From Vicinamibacterales bacterium (lineage in GTDB: Bacteria; Acidobacteriota; Vicinamibacteria; Vicinamibacterales; UBA2999), in assembly GCA_035557875.1 (NCBI GenBank), contig DATMDI010000593.1, positions 1-25,450 on the forward strand: a stretch of DNA of 25,450 nucleotides, given 5' to 3'. The position numbers and the translations under genes were made by a program. The notes under the pieces are model-generated. The model saw only the letters and a list, made by a program, of their open reading frames with translations, was not told the origin of the DNA and did not search any database. The stretch's first letter is position 1. Each line of letters starts with the position of its first letter. This document shows positions 7,751-16,425 of this stretch, piece after piece.

Positions 7751-8722
7751 CTAGGCCGAGCGGCGCTGGCGGCGCGGACCGGACGCCGACGTGGGCTGGC
7801 TCGGCTGCGGCAGCGTCGGATCCTCACGAAAGACCTCGGCGAGCTGATCGCGCAGCCAGCGGCTCCGGGCTTCGTTGTCGAAGCGGCGGTGCCAGTGGAA
7901 CTTCAGATCGAAGGTCGGCGCCTCGAAGGGCGGCGCCACGCCGGCCAGCGCCGGCGACATGCAGGAAAAGTGCAGCGCCACCGAGTGCGGGATGGTGGCG
8001 ACGAGATCCGAGCGGGATACCAGGAACGGCACGCTGAGGAAATGCGGCGACTCCAGCGCCACGTTGCGCTTGATGCGCCGGCGCTCGAGGAAGCGCTCGA
8101 GCACTTCCTGGCTGCGCCCCTCGGCCCGCACGACCAGGTGCTCGGCGGCGCTGAAGGCGGCCAGCGTCAGCGGCTGCGATCGCAGCGGGTGATCGCTGCG
8201 CATCACACACGACCAGTGCTGCGTGGAGACGCGCCGCTGGCGCACCGTCTTGAGCGACAGCGCCGGGAAATAGCCGACGGCCAGGTCCACTTCTCCCTTT
8301 TCCAGCTCGTGGGCCAGCTGCGACGTGGGCACCGACACCGAACGGATGCTGCAGTGCGGCGCGCGGGCACGCAGCGCCGCCATCACGCGGGGGAGAAACG
8401 CCATCTCACCGACGTCGGAAAGGGCCAGCGTCCAGGTGCGCGTGCTCGACGCCGGGTCGAAGCTCTCGCCGCGCAGCAGATCTTCCTGCAGGCGGCCGAG
8501 CAGCGGGCGCGCGAGCCGCACGATCGCATGCGCGCGGGGCGTCGGCGTGACACCGCTCGGGACCCGGATGAAGAGCGGATCGTCGAAGGCGACGCGCATC
8601 CGCTTCAACGCCATGCTGACGGCGGGCTGGCTCATGCCGAGGAGCCTGGCGGCGCGGCTGACGCTCAGCTCGTCGTAGAGGGCAAACGCGATCGGCAGCA
8701 GGTTCAGGTCCGGGGTCTTCAT
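7751..8722 (-). CDS. LysR-family transcriptional regulator (NahR/DntR/LeuO-like)
   Basis: MKTPDLNLL...SVSRAARLLGMSQPAVSMALKRMRVAFDDPLFIR...PTPRA helix-turn-helix plus substrate-binding domain. Start at ATG 8722, not 8977. Confidence 0.92.
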   Translation of the reverse strand: MKTPDLNLLPIAFALYDELSVSRAARLLGMSQPAVSMALKRMRVAFDDPLFIRVPSGVTPTPRAHAIVRLARPLLGRLQEDLLRGESFDPASSTRTWTLALSDVGEMAFLPRVMAALRARAPHCSIRSVSVPTSQLAHELEKGEVDLAVGYFPALSLKTVRQRRVSTQHWSCVMRSDHPLRSQPLTLAAFSAAEHLVVRAEGRSQEVLERFLERRRIKRNVALESPHFLSVPFLVSRSDLVATIPHSVALHFSCMSPALAGVAPPFEAPTFDLKFHWHRRFDNEARSRWLRDQLAEVFREDPTLPQPSQPTSASGPRRQRRSA

Positions 8723-8741
8723 CGCGGCGTCGCGGCGGGGC

Positions 8742-9719
8742 TCAGCGGCCGATATGAATCTGCCCGCTGCGGCTGGCGAGTCGCACGGTGGGGCCGCCGC
8801 CCCCGACAGTACCGGCGACGCGCTCTTTGGCGGCCGAGCCGTCCACGGTGACGCCCCGCACCTGCACCGAGCTCGAACCGCTGGTCGCCTCGAGGGTGAA
8901 GCGCGCGGCGGGCTCGAGCGCGACGTCGATGAGGCTCGATCCGGTGCTGACGCTCCAGGCGGCCGTGGGATTGCCACGCACTTCGACCCGCCCGCTTTGC
9001 GTGCGCACGGTCAGCCCGCCCGTCAGTCCGTCGATCTGGATCGCGCTCGATCCGGTCTCGACATCGGCCGCGCCGGCGCCGGCAAACGACGCCCGCACCG
9101 CGCCGCTCTGCGTGCGCGCGTCGAGCGGGCCGCTCAGGCCGCGCAGCGTGATCGCGCTGCTCTGCGTCACGACGCGGAGGCCGCCGGAGGCACGGTCCAC
9201 GCGGATGTCGCCGGAGCCGGTCTTGATCTCGGTCTTGCCGTCGATGCCGCTCAACGCGACCGCCGACGACTGCGTCGTGACGACGACGGCCGCCGCCACG
9301 TCGTCCACCGTGATGGCGCCCGAATCGGTTGCGATGATGAGCCCGGTGTCGCGCGGCACGCGCACGACGTAGCTCACGGTCACCGCGCGCAGTTCGTCGG
9401 CGTCGATCGGCGGACGCAGCCGCACCACGTTGTCGGCGACGTCGACGCGCGGGTGATCGGCCACGCGCTGCGCCAGCTCGAGCGCGTTCGCCGGCACCGT
9501 CACCCCGACGCGGACCGTGACGGTGCCGTCGATGCGAATCTGACGGCCGTCGTCGGCGCGCACGGCGATCTTGCCGCGGATGGTGGAGACGTCCAGCGTG
9601 GCGCCGGGCATCACGTCGATCGCCCGTTCGAACGACAGGCGCTGCGCAGCCGCCGGCACGGCGCCGGCGATCGGGAACGCCATCGCGAGCACGGCCAGCG
9701 GCAGAAGATGGATACGCAC
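8742..9719 (-). CDS. DUF4097 (putative adhesin) beta-strand repeat protein
   Basis: Signal peptide; repeated xTxSGxI/V units (ATDSGAI, KTGSGDI, RTQSGAV, ETGSSAI, RTQSGRV, ASRSGQIHI). Confidence 0.85.
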   Translation of the reverse strand: MRIHLLPLAVLAMAFPIAGAVPAAAQRLSFERAIDVMPGATLDVSTIRGKIAVRADDGRQIRIDGTVTVRVGVTVPANALELAQRVADHPRVDVADNVVRLRPPIDADELRAVTVSYVVRVPRDTGLIIATDSGAITVDDVAAAVVVTTQSSAVALSGIDGKTEIKTGSGDIRVDRASGGLRVVTQSSAITLRGLSGPLDARTQSGAVRASFAGAGAADVETGSSAIQIDGLTGGLTVRTQSGRVEVRGNPTAAWSVSTGSSLIDVALEPAARFTLEATSGSSSVQVRGVTVDGSAAKERVAGTVGGGGPTVRLASRSGQIHIGR

Positions 9720-9725
9720 GGGGTC

Positions 9726-9731
9726 AGTCTA
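9726..9731 (-). promoter_or_regulatory. Putative -10 box (TAGACT), leaderless DUF4097 mRNA
   Basis: TAGACT 6 nt before GTG 9719; no SD at normal spacing. Confidence 0.5.
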
Positions 9732-9791
9732 GCCCCTCCCGGGGCCGACGCCGCAGCAATCCTCGGGTCCGCCACCTCGAGCGCTGCGGAG

Positions 9792-9797
9792 TATCAT
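9792..9797 (+). promoter_or_regulatory. Putative -10 box (TATCAT), leaderless MmgE/PrpD mRNA
   Basis: TATCAT 6 nt before GTG 9804; no SD. Confidence 0.5.
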
Positions 9798-9803
9798 CCC
9801 GCC

Positions 9804-11324
9804 GTGAGCAGAGGCCGCACGGACGTTCGTCAGCGGCGCCGTGTGCTGCAGGGGCTCGGCGGCCTCGCCGCCGCGGCTCTGCCCTCGGCGCCGTTGGGCG
9901 CCGCAGCACCGCCAGCGGGATCGCCCGATGCTGCGAACGCCGCGGGCGGTCTTCAGGCCGGCCCGCCTGAGGTGGCTTCCGACATCACCGCGCGGCTCGC
10001 GTCGTATATCGCCGCCGCCCGCGGGCGCCCGCTCCCGCCCGAGACGGCACGGCACACGACCGATCGGATTCTCGATACCCTCGGCGCCATGGTCTCGGGC
10101 GCACGCCTCAAGCCGGGCGAAATGGCGATCCGTTTCGTGCGGCAGCAGGGTGGAACGCCCGAAGCGGCTGTCTGCGCGAGCGGCCTGCGCACCTCCGCGA
10201 TCAACGCCGCGCTCGCCAACGGCATGTTCGCGCACGCCGACGAGACCGACGACTTCGAGCCGGTGACCAAGGCGCATCCCGGCTGCGCGGTCGTGCCGGC
10301 GGCGCTCGCGGTCGCCGAACGCGACGATCGATCCGGCGCCGACGCGCTGCGTGCGGTCGCCGCCGGTTACGACGTGTGCTGCCGCTTCCTGCTGGCGCTC
10401 GGCAACGACGCCGTGCGCGGCGCCCATCGCAGCGCCGAGGGCATGAGCGCGACGATGGGGGCAGCCGCGGCCGCGGCGGCGCTCGCTCACCTCGACGAGC
10501 GGCAGGTGCGTTACGCGCTGTCGTACGCCGCGCAGCAGGTGTCGGGCATCTGGAGCTGGGAGCGCGATGCCGAGCACGTCGAGAAGGCGTTCGACTTCGC
10601 CGGCATGGGCGCCCGCAACGGCGTCACGGCGGCCCTGATGGCGCAGGCGGGGTTCACCGGCGTCGCGGAGGTGTTCGACGGCGAGCACAACGTGCTCGAG
10701 GCGCTGTCGCCGAAGCCGCGGCCATCGGAAATGGTGGCCGGACTCGGCACGCGGTTCTTCGTGTCCGAGACCGCGATCAAGGTGTTCTCGGTCGGGTATC
10801 CGATTCAAGCGCCGCTCAACTCGTTGCTCGAGTTACGGCGGACCTACGGCCTGACCGCCGCCAACGTCGAGCGCGTGGTCGTGCGGCTGCCGGCCGACGG
10901 CGCCCGCATCGTCGACAACCGGTCGATGCCCGACGTGAACTGTCAGTACGTGATGGCGGTCACGCTCGTGGACGGCGCGCTCACGTTCGAGAGCAGTCAC
11001 TCCTACGAGCGCATGCAGGATCCGCAGGTGCGGGCGGTGCAGGCACGAGTGCAGCTGGTGGCCGACCCGGCGCTGATGGACCCGGCCGCGCCGCGCAGCG
11101 GCCGCGTGGAGGTGACGCTGCGCGATGGCCGCACCGTCAGCCACTTCACCCGGCACGCCCCGGGTACGCGCGAGAACCCGCTCGAGGCGAAGGCTGTGGA
11201 GGACAAAACGCGTTCGCTCATCGCGCCAGTGCTCGGCGCGGCCCGCGCCGACGAGATCATCGCGCGCGTCCGCGGTCTCGAGGCACTGCCCCGCGTGCGT
11301 TCGTTGATGGAGCTGCTGGCGTAG
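9804..11324 (+). CDS. MmgE/PrpD-family protein with Tat-like signal peptide
   Basis: 3' part of ORF 8754..11324. QRRRVLQGLGGLAAAAL signal; ILDTLGAMVSG, AALANGMFAHADETDD, KAHPGCAVVPAALA, PGTRENPL. Confidence 0.87.
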   Translation: MSRGRTDVRQRRRVLQGLGGLAAAALPSAPLGAAAPPAGSPDAANAAGGLQAGPPEVASDITARLASYIAAARGRPLPPETARHTTDRILDTLGAMVSGARLKPGEMAIRFVRQQGGTPEAAVCASGLRTSAINAALANGMFAHADETDDFEPVTKAHPGCAVVPAALAVAERDDRSGADALRAVAAGYDVCCRFLLALGNDAVRGAHRSAEGMSATMGAAAAAAALAHLDERQVRYALSYAAQQVSGIWSWERDAEHVEKAFDFAGMGARNGVTAALMAQAGFTGVAEVFDGEHNVLEALSPKPRPSEMVAGLGTRFFVSETAIKVFSVGYPIQAPLNSLLELRRTYGLTAANVERVVVRLPADGARIVDNRSMPDVNCQYVMAVTLVDGALTFESSHSYERMQDPQVRAVQARVQLVADPALMDPAAPRSGRVEVTLRDGRTVSHFTRHAPGTRENPLEAKAVEDKTRSLIAPVLGAARADEIIARVRGLEALPRVRSLMELLA

Positions 11325-11340
11325 GCCTCGCCGATCAGAC

Positions 11341-11389
11341 GTGGGGGCCGCCTTCAGGCGGCCCAGGGCCGGCTAAAGCCGGCCCCCAC
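11341..11389. repeat. Inverted REP doublet (BIME-like) between convergent genes
   Basis: GTGG-GGGCCGCC-TTCA-GGCGGCCC, 1-nt spacer, then the reverse complement of GTGG-GGGCCGGC-TTTA-GCCGGCCC; two perfect 8-bp stems. Confidence 0.8.
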
Positions 11390-11392
11390 GAC

Positions 11393-13021
11393 TTACGAAC
11401 GGTAGCCGAGCGCGTCCCACATCACCAGCCGCTGCTCGCGTATCGGGTCGCGCTCGACGCGGCTGCGCGTGTCGATCACCATCGTCGGGCGATCGGCCGC
11501 CGTGAACGCCGGCCACTGCGGGAGCTTCGGGGTGTTGGGGTTGCCGGTACGGGCAAACGCGATCCAGGCGTCGCTCACACGGTCGGCCAGCGCCTTGGCC
11601 TCGGCCCCGCCGCCGGTGAGGCGCGCCGCGGCGTCGACGTTGTCGAACGCGAACGGGATCTCGATCGTGTGCGGCGACTTCAGCCGCCCGCCGTCCACCG
11701 GCGTCTCCCAGCGGAAGTAATAGAGATACACCGGCCCCGCCCCGAGCGCCGCACGGCGTTCCGCGATCTTCATCACCGGACCGCTGTAGCGGTGGTCGCT
11801 GGCGATCAGGAAATACAGGTCCGACGGCGACGCCCCAGGATTGGCGCGCCCGTAGACGTCGACCGCGCGATCGGCATGGGTGCCGAGCAGCGTGCGCACG
11901 CGCGCGCGCATGGCAGCGTCGGACATCGAGAAGTCGTCGGCCGCGCCGCTCGATGTGAGCTCGGTGCGGGTGGAGCCGAGCATCAGCGGTACGCCGGCCG
12001 ATACGGCTGACGCCACGGGGTGGAACGGATGCTGCGGCACGATCCGGCCGTCCATCGCCGGCGAGAAACCCTGCGTCATCTGGTCCACGTTCATCTTCCG
12101 GACCACGGCGAAGTAGGCCCCCATCAGCCTGTCGAGTGGCACGGCCTGCAGCGCCTGGCCCTCCCCCGTCGCAATGCCGAGCGTCGCGAGCAGCTCGCGC
12201 GCCACACGAGCGCCGGCCTCAGGCTCGACGAGCTGCAGCGTGGCGCCGCTCTCGATCACGGCGCGATGGAACAGTCCCTTGGCCGAGGGCATCGCGAGCA
12301 GGGTCGCCACCTTGCGGCCGCCCCCCGACTGCCCGAACACCATCACCGTGTTGGGGTCGCCGCCGAATTCGGCGATGTTGTCGCGCACCCACTCGAGCGC
12401 CCGCACGATGTCGAGCATGCCCACGTCGCCCGACGCGGCAAAGTCCGCACTGGCCACCGACGCCAGGTTCGAGAAGCCGAGCACGTTGAGGCGGTGGTTG
12501 AGGCTCACCACCACCACGTCACCGCGCCGCGCCAGGTTCGCACCATCGGTGACCGGCGACGACCCGGACCCGGTGGCGAAGCCGCCGCCGTGGCACCACA
12601 CCATCACCGGACGCTTGCGGTTGTCCTTCACCGCCGGCGTCCAGACGTTCAATACCAGGCAGTCTTCGCCTTCGGGCGGCAGGCCCGCGGCTGCCACCGC
12701 GATGGCCGACGACGCCCGCCGCGCACCCGGCTCGGTCTGCGGCGCGCTCGCGCCGTAGGCCAGCGCGTCGCGCACGCCCGCCCATTTTTCCGGTGCCACG
12801 GGCGGCATGAAACGGTTGCGCCCCGCGGTGCTCGCTCCATAGGGCACGCCCTTGAACACTCTGATCCCGCGGATCTCGGTGCCGCGAATCCGACCGTAGG
12901 CGGTGTCGGCAACGACCGCGCTGCCTTCGTCGGCAAACGAGGACCGGACTCCCGCGCCGGCCGCGGCCAGCAGCCACGCGGACTGTTTCAGGACATCACG
13001 CCGTGACAAGTGGCTGTTCAT
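11393..13021 (-). CDS. Type-B carboxylesterase (para-nitrobenzyl esterase-like) with Tat signal
   Basis: SRRDVLK; EDCLVLNVWTP, WCHGGGF, FGQSGGG nucleophile elbow, SPHTIEIPFAF catalytic His; AGGA SD. Confidence 0.92.
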   Translation of the reverse strand: MNSHLSRRDVLKQSAWLLAAAGAGVRSSFADEGSAVVADTAYGRIRGTEIRGIRVFKGVPYGASTAGRNRFMPPVAPEKWAGVRDALAYGASAPQTEPGARRASSAIAVAAAGLPPEGEDCLVLNVWTPAVKDNRKRPVMVWCHGGGFATGSGSSPVTDGANLARRGDVVVVSLNHRLNVLGFSNLASVASADFAASGDVGMLDIVRALEWVRDNIAEFGGDPNTVMVFGQSGGGRKVATLLAMPSAKGLFHRAVIESGATLQLVEPEAGARVARELLATLGIATGEGQALQAVPLDRLMGAYFAVVRKMNVDQMTQGFSPAMDGRIVPQHPFHPVASAVSAGVPLMLGSTRTELTSSGAADDFSMSDAAMRARVRTLLGTHADRAVDVYGRANPGASPSDLYFLIASDHRYSGPVMKIAERRAALGAGPVYLYYFRWETPVDGGRLKSPHTIEIPFAFDNVDAAARLTGGGAEAKALADRVSDAWIAFARTGNPNTPKLPQWPAFTAADRPTMVIDTRSRVERDPIREQRLVMWDALGYRS

Positions 13022-13147
13022 GGTCGTTCCTGCTGGAAGAGTTCCGCCTCACCCGCCGTCAGGCGGCGAACGAGGTGGGATTATCGTCGCGGGAGCGGTG
13101 AGGCCGCACTGGCGCGGCGGTCAAAAGGCGCGCAAATCGCCAGTGGT

Positions 13148-13513
13148 CTAGTTGTGGCGGGCGTCGCCGTTGCCAGTGCCAGTGCCGGCCTGAGACGCCT
13201 GGGGCGTAGCGCTCGCGTTTCGGCGCAGCAGCCACCCGGCGGCGCCGAGTACCGCGAGGCTGACGGCGCCTCCCCGAACCAGCTGCCACGCGCTGAGGCG
13301 CGACTGCTCATTGGCGGACAGCAGTTCCTTGTAGGTGTTGACGGTCTCGCGTTTGTTCACCTCGGCATCGGGCGGACGCTGCCCTGCCCGCCGCTCCGAG
13401 GCCGGCACCCAGCGCTTGATGAAAGCGAACGACTCGGACGCGCAGACCGGGCAGTGCCCCTCGTCGTGAACCTCGTCGCAGTCGAGACACAGTCGGGCGT
13501 TCCGCAGCTGCAT
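13148..13513 (-). CDS. Small C4 zinc-ribbon protein with C-terminal hydrophobic helix
   Basis: MQLRNARLCLDCDEVHDEGHCPVCASESF (CxxC-x8-CxxC); GAVSLAVLGAAGWLL near the C-terminus. ATG 13513 preferred. Confidence 0.7.
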   Translation of the reverse strand: MQLRNARLCLDCDEVHDEGHCPVCASESFAFIKRWVPASERRAGQRPPDAEVNKRETVNTYKELLSANEQSRLSAWQLVRGGAVSLAVLGAAGWLLRRNASATPQASQAGTGTGNGDARHN

Positions 13514-13520
13514 ATCCTCA

Positions 13521-13526
13521 AGTGTA
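13521..13526 (-). promoter_or_regulatory. Putative -10 box (TACACT) 7 nt before ATG 13513
   Basis: TAnnnT at leaderless spacing; a GAGGA also lies within the 7 nt. Confidence 0.45.
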
Positions 13527-13566
13527 CGCAGGAACCGGTCCAACCCAAGCCCGGCTGTTTCCGCGG

Positions 13567-14520
13567 TCAGCGGGGCGGGGGGCGCAGCGCCGCAACCGCC
13601 ACGTCGGGGAAATCGCCGAAGATGCCGTCCACGCCGAGCTCGGCGAACTGGCGGTATTCCCTGGCGGGATCGCCGCCGTAGCTGGAAGACAGAAAAGCCG
13701 GCTCGCTGCGTAGCGTCCAGACGTGCACCAGCAGCCCCGCGGCATGGGCATCGGCAACAAGGGTGGTCGGTGGGCGCAGGGTGCCGTCGGGGCCGGCGGG
13801 CACGATCAGCCGCGTGTTCGGACCGATGCCGTCGGCAAATTTGCGCACTTCGGCAAGACGCGCCGGCGAGACGTCGGCCGTGGCCTCGAGCAACAGCACC
13901 AGCCGCAGCGACGTCTGCGGCCGCAGCAGCTGGAGGTTCGCGGGCTCGAACGACTGGATGAACACCGCATCCGACCGCTCGCGCTTACCGTGCCGCGCCA
14001 GCGTCTCGAGCAGCGGCGGTTCCAGCGGCAGTCCGATCGAGCGGAAGTAGGTCGGGTGCTTCGTCTCCGGATAGACCCCGATCGTGCGGCCGGTCTCGCG
14101 CGATTTGACGTCCGCGAGCGCCAGCACCTCGTCGAAGGTGGGAATCGGATACATCCCGTCGCGATCGTGCGACCGGAACGGCAGCCGCTCCCGCGCCCGC
14201 AGTGTCTTGATCTCGGCGAGCGTCAGGTCTTCGCTGAACCACCCGGTGATCGATTGCCCGTCGATCGTCTTGGTGGTCTTGCGGGCGGGAAACTTCTCGG
14301 CCACGTCCGTCGTGCCGCCGATCTCGTTCTCGTGGCGTGCGATCAGGACGCCGTCCCTGGTAGAAACCAGGTCCGGCTCGATGAAGTCCGCGCCCATGGC
14401 GATCGCGAGGGTGTACGACTCGATCGTGTGTTCCGGCCGGTGACCGCTGGCGCCGCGGTGCGCGATGATGAGGATCTCGGGCATGGGAGCGGCGCTCAGC
14501 GCCGCCGCTGCCAGTATCAC
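13567..14520 (-). CDS. glpQ: Glycerophosphodiester phosphodiesterase (GlpQ-like)
   Basis: IIAHRGASGHRPEHT, GADFIEPDLV.TRDG.L..RHE, YPETKHPTYF, IQSFE, VHVWTLR, GVDGIFGDFPD. Start 14520 or 14484. Confidence 0.9.
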   Translation of the reverse strand: MILAAAALSAAPMPEILIIAHRGASGHRPEHTIESYTLAIAMGADFIEPDLVSTRDGVLIARHENEIGGTTDVAEKFPARKTTKTIDGQSITGWFSEDLTLAEIKTLRARERLPFRSHDRDGMYPIPTFDEVLALADVKSRETGRTIGVYPETKHPTYFRSIGLPLEPPLLETLARHGKRERSDAVFIQSFEPANLQLLRPQTSLRLVLLLEATADVSPARLAEVRKFADGIGPNTRLIVPAGPDGTLRPPTTLVADAHAAGLLVHVWTLRSEPAFLSSSYGGDPAREYRQFAELGVDGIFGDFPDVAVAALRPPPR

Positions 14521-14573
14521 CCCGGCGGCCGCCGCGCGCGCTACCCCAAGGTGTGCACTGCCACCGGCATGTC

Positions 14574-15230
14574 CTACGGCCGATCGGGCAGCGTGTGCGG
14601 CGTCTGCCCCTTGGCGCTGAACTCGATGCCGGAGGCGTAGAAGCCGGTGCTGGTGAGCGTGACGGTGATGTCGTCGCTCGTGAGGTTCTCCCAGAACCAG
14701 CCGTGGATGCCGGACGTCGGGGCGAAGAACGAGCCGGCCGCGCGCTCGCCTTCTCCCATCTGGTAGCTCTCGGCATATCCCTTCGGCGCGCCCTCGGGCT
14801 CGCCGTGGAAGTCGAAGCGCACCTTGCCGGTGGACGTCCAGCGGTAGGAGAAGCTCGCGCCCTTCTCCATCCGATACTTGTATTCCATGCCCTCGTAGGG
14901 ACCGAGCGTGAACGTCACGGTGTCCTGCTTGAGCGGCACCGTCTGCGGGGTGTTGGCGCCGGGGCGTACCGGCTCGAGCTCCTCGGGCGACGCTTCGCTG
15001 GCGGTGCCGGCGGCCTCGCCGCCGCCGCCGACGGATTCGGCCTGGGCGATGCTGGTGAGCCCGAGCAGCTTGCCGGTGCCAAGCGGATCCACGCCGTATT
15101 CGGCCGGCAGAATCGCGATCATGAGGATGACGCCGGCCACGAAAATGGCGCCCGCGGTGGCCAGCGCCAGCCGTGCCCGCATCTCGGCGGCCACGAGCGC
15201 CGCGGTCATGTCAGTAGCCTCGCTGGTCAT
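14574..15230 (-). CDS. Membrane-anchored protein of the type found downstream of HupE/UreJ genes
   Basis: One TM helix then ILPAEYGVDPLG.GKLLGL, EYKYRM.KG..F.Y.W, FDFHGE, HGWFWEN. ATG overlaps the HupE stop (ATGA at 15227-15230). Confidence 0.78.
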   Translation of the reverse strand: MTSEATDMTAALVAAEMRARLALATAGAIFVAGVILMIAILPAEYGVDPLGTGKLLGLTSIAQAESVGGGGEAAGTASEASPEELEPVRPGANTPQTVPLKQDTVTFTLGPYEGMEYKYRMEKGASFSYRWTSTGKVRFDFHGEPEGAPKGYAESYQMGEGERAAGSFFAPTSGIHGWFWENLTSDDITVTLTSTGFYASGIEFSAKGQTPHTLPDRP

Positions 15231-15934
15231 TGCGCGCTCAACATGTAGCCGGACAGCTGATATCCGACCAGGAGAAAGCCGCCCGTCATGAGCAGCGTGT
15301 TGGTCATGAACGCGTGGCGCAGGAAGCCGGGTCGCGTGCGCCACCAGGTGAGGCCGATCAGGACGAAGGTCAGCGCCAGCATCTGACCGAGCTCGACCCC
15401 GATGTTGAAGCTGACGATGTTGGTGACGAGCCCTTCCTGCGTGAGCGCGAGCTCCTGCAGCTTGGTCGCCAGGCCGAAGCCGTGGAAGAGGCCGAAGATC
15501 AGCACGGCCGCCCGCGTGTCTGGCTGCCGGCCGAAGAAGTACTTGAAGCCGCCGAGGTTTTCGAAGCCCTTGTAGACGACCGACAGGCCGATGATGGCGT
15601 CGATGATGTAGGCGTTGGCGTGGATGCCGCCGAGCACGCCGGCCAGAAGCGTCAGGCTGTGGCCGATGGTGAACAGGCTCACATAGAGCACCACGTCCTT
15701 GAGCCGGTAGAGAAAGAAGATCACGCCGACCAGGAAGAGGAGGTGGTCGTAACCGGTCACCATGTGCTTGGCGCCGAGGTAGAGGAACGGGCCGATGGCC
15801 GCGCCGGTGATGCTTTCGACGAACGAGGCGTCGCGACGCGACACGCCGTGCGCCTCGGCTACGGCCTCGAACGCGACCAGCGCGAGCAAGGCGAGGCAGA
15901 CGGGCAGGAATCGCCGGCGGTGCAGCAGGTCCAT
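15227..15934 (-). CDS. HupE/UreJ-family (HupE_UreJ_2-like) membrane protein, putative Ni/metal transporter
   Basis: EAHGV, GAKHMVTGYDHLLFL, FTIGHSLTL, FGLFHGFGLA, FNIGVELGQ; AAGGAG SD before ATG 15934. Confidence 0.88.
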   Translation of the reverse strand: MDLLHRRRFLPVCLALLALVAFEAVAEAHGVSRRDASFVESITGAAIGPFLYLGAKHMVTGYDHLLFLVGVIFFLYRLKDVVLYVSLFTIGHSLTLLAGVLGGIHANAYIIDAIIGLSVVYKGFENLGGFKYFFGRQPDTRAAVLIFGLFHGFGLATKLQELALTQEGLVTNIVSFNIGVELGQMLALTFVLIGLTWWRTRPGFLRHAFMTNTLLMTGGFLLVGYQLSGYMLSAQ

Positions 15935-15948
15935 GGGTCTCCTTCGGG

Positions 15949-16425
15949 CTACTCGACCGCCACCTGGAACTTGCGGTGACAGTTGTCGCACGAGTTGTTC
16001 AACTGCTCGCCCGCGGCGAGGATGCCTTCCGCGTCCTTCTTCTGCGCGGCAGCGCGCACCTGCGCGGCGGCGTCGCCCATCGCTTTCGAGATCGTGCCCC
16101 AGTCCTCCGACTCGCGGGCGCGCCCCTCGACCGTGAGGAGCTGCGAGGCCTCGATCAGTGCGGCGGCGTTTCCGGCCACCTTCTGCCACTCGCGATCGTT
16201 CTTGGGGCGCGTCTCCTGCACGCCCTCCCGGGTGACGATCGTGGCCACCGAGTCGTAGATCACCTGGGCAGCTGGAGCGACGATGCCGTCCATCAGATCG
16301 AGCACCGACGCCACGGCTGGCGCCGCCGGCTGCACCGAGGCGCCGCGCGCGCCCGCGATGGCGAACCAGATCCCGAACACGAACAGGAGCAGGCTGACGA
16401 TCAGGAGACCGTAAGTTGTGCGCAT
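15949..16425 (-). CDS. Membrane-anchored/exported cytochrome c'-like protein (C-terminal CxxCH)
   Basis: N-terminal hydrophobic helix, Ala-rich helical body, NSCDNCHRKF near the C-terminus. Start 16425 or 16446. Confidence 0.7.
   Translation of the reverse strand: MRTTYGLLIVSLLLFVFGIWFAIAGARGASVQPAAPAVASVLDLMDGIVAPAAQVIYDSVATIVTREGVQETRPKNDREWQKVAGNAAALIEASQLLTVEGRARESEDWGTISKAMGDAAAQVRAAAQKKDAEGILAAGEQLNNSCDNCHRKFQVAVE

Noticed and set aside
7751-8722. LysR as regulator of a neighbouring operon
   Set aside because: It is not divergent from any gene (it sits 19 nt behind DUF4097) and no T-N11-A site was identified, so the target cannot be assigned.
8754-9803. Apparent 856-aa fusion ORF (and likewise the 1029-aa ORF from 20376)
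   Set aside because: The N-terminal extensions overlap other real genes (antisense to DUF4097; antisense to MetE-like and out of frame over DsrE-like). Real starts at 9804 and 21339 are supported by signal peptides and -10 boxes.
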